In this document: in pieces, positions 63,108 through 64,000 of the stretch
Layout: each line of letters opens with the position of its first letter
How positions within the stretch are numbered: position 1 is the stretch's first letter
Source: Raillietiella orientalis
Lineage: Eukaryota
Assembly: GCA_036172245.1 (NCBI GenBank)
Contig: JAYWIR010000032.1
Location: 558,001 to 622,000, forward strand
Direction: 5' to 3'
Length of the DNA stretch: 64,000 bases
Notes under the pieces: generated by a model
Database searches by the model: none
What the model saw: the letters and a program-made list of their open reading frames with translations, nothing else
What the model was told of the DNA's origin: nothing
Translations under genes and position numbers: made by a program

Positions 63108-64000
63108 GAGCAGCGTTTGGAGACCACGAACTCCGCACGTTCAGCGGAAACGAGATTAGACGTTGTGGAAGAGCGATCCCTATGGAAATTTCCATGGATC
63201 GTAGACGACGATGAAAGACGAATCATCCGTCTGGGAAACAGCCTTCGAGAATTCTTTAAGTGTTCCGAAATGAGATGCACTTCCAGAACTGGGAATTCTA
63301 AACATGAGTGGCGGCTTTGGGCTCGTAATTCACGGAGACGGGAAGATGAGTTTCGAACGAGGGGACTTTTCGGAATTTGTTGATGTCTGCGGTTGTCCCG
63401 TCGATGTTGATGTTTCGCGTTCTGATCCCGAAAGAAGGGGAGTCGAGACCTCTTCAAAGCTCCGGCAATTCTCGTTAGGAGTAATGGATTGAAAAATGAA
63501 TTTGATGGCCACAACCTATTGCATCATCGGGCACGGCGAAGTATGGAGTAAAAAAGCGCGCAGTGGTCGGGAGAAATCCTGGAACCCGACTGCAAGGCTG
63601 AGTTTCCCAACGGTGGACGGCAGCTGACCGCCAGCGCCGTGAAGATTAGCGCGCTGTACTTAACGAGATCTGGCGCGAGAAAGACAACGACGTTGCATTG
63701 GAACAAGAAGAAGGGGGGAGGGGGGAAGAAAAAAGAAAAAAAAAGGTCTGCAGAGCAGTTTCTCCGCCTATTGGAGATTCCTTTGGACGTAACTTCAAAG
63801 TTCTGATACTCTGAGTTTGGCAAGTAGGTGCTGTTCTGTCAAATTGTAGGGAGCAATCTCTTTTATAGCTCAGGAGATTTTGATGGAAAAGTTCTGAAGC
63901 CGAATTTCTGCAATTAGATGTAATAAAACTTCTGATCCTAAAGAATCTGATTCGTCCGAAACCGAATTGAATGATTCAGCAGTGCATGTTATTAGGCAAA

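Overview
Eukaryotic, arthropod-type genomic DNA. All translations and alignments were done by eye, and family calls rest on recalled motifs, not database searches. The one clearly intact protein-coding gene is a knirps-family (NR0A: kni/knrl/eagle) orphan nuclear receptor on the + strand. Its coding exons are 17229-17306 and 27022-27927 (327 aa), separated by a 9.7-kb intron. It has a two-zinc-finger DBD, a kni-box, no LBD and three PxDLS CtBP motifs, and sits in a GC/CpG-rich, largely TE-poor block (~11.8-31.7 kb). At the left end is an intronless, 5'-truncated, multiply disabled shade (CYP314A1)-like P450 pseudogene. At ~39.5-39.8 kb is a nuclear copy of mitochondrial ND2 (NUMT), readable only in the invertebrate mitochondrial code. 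The right half (39-60 kb) is a retroelement graveyard. One L1/Tx1-like family has five 3' ends in the window (one at ~4.2 kb, four at 40-58 kb), and these stop in a conserved CCGG-NGTGA-CCGG hairpin rather than poly(A). The region also holds a tRNA-derived SINE (2 copies), APE, RNase H, gag and integrase relics, a MITE-like foldback and long hairpins. The most striking structure is a pair of inverted Tx1-like copies 7.4 kb apart that share a 730-bp core with 3 differences, while the homologous 21- and 26-nt ends differ at 27-38% of positions. This is the signature expected of ectopic gene conversion. Most long ORFs in the supplied track are GC-rich noise.
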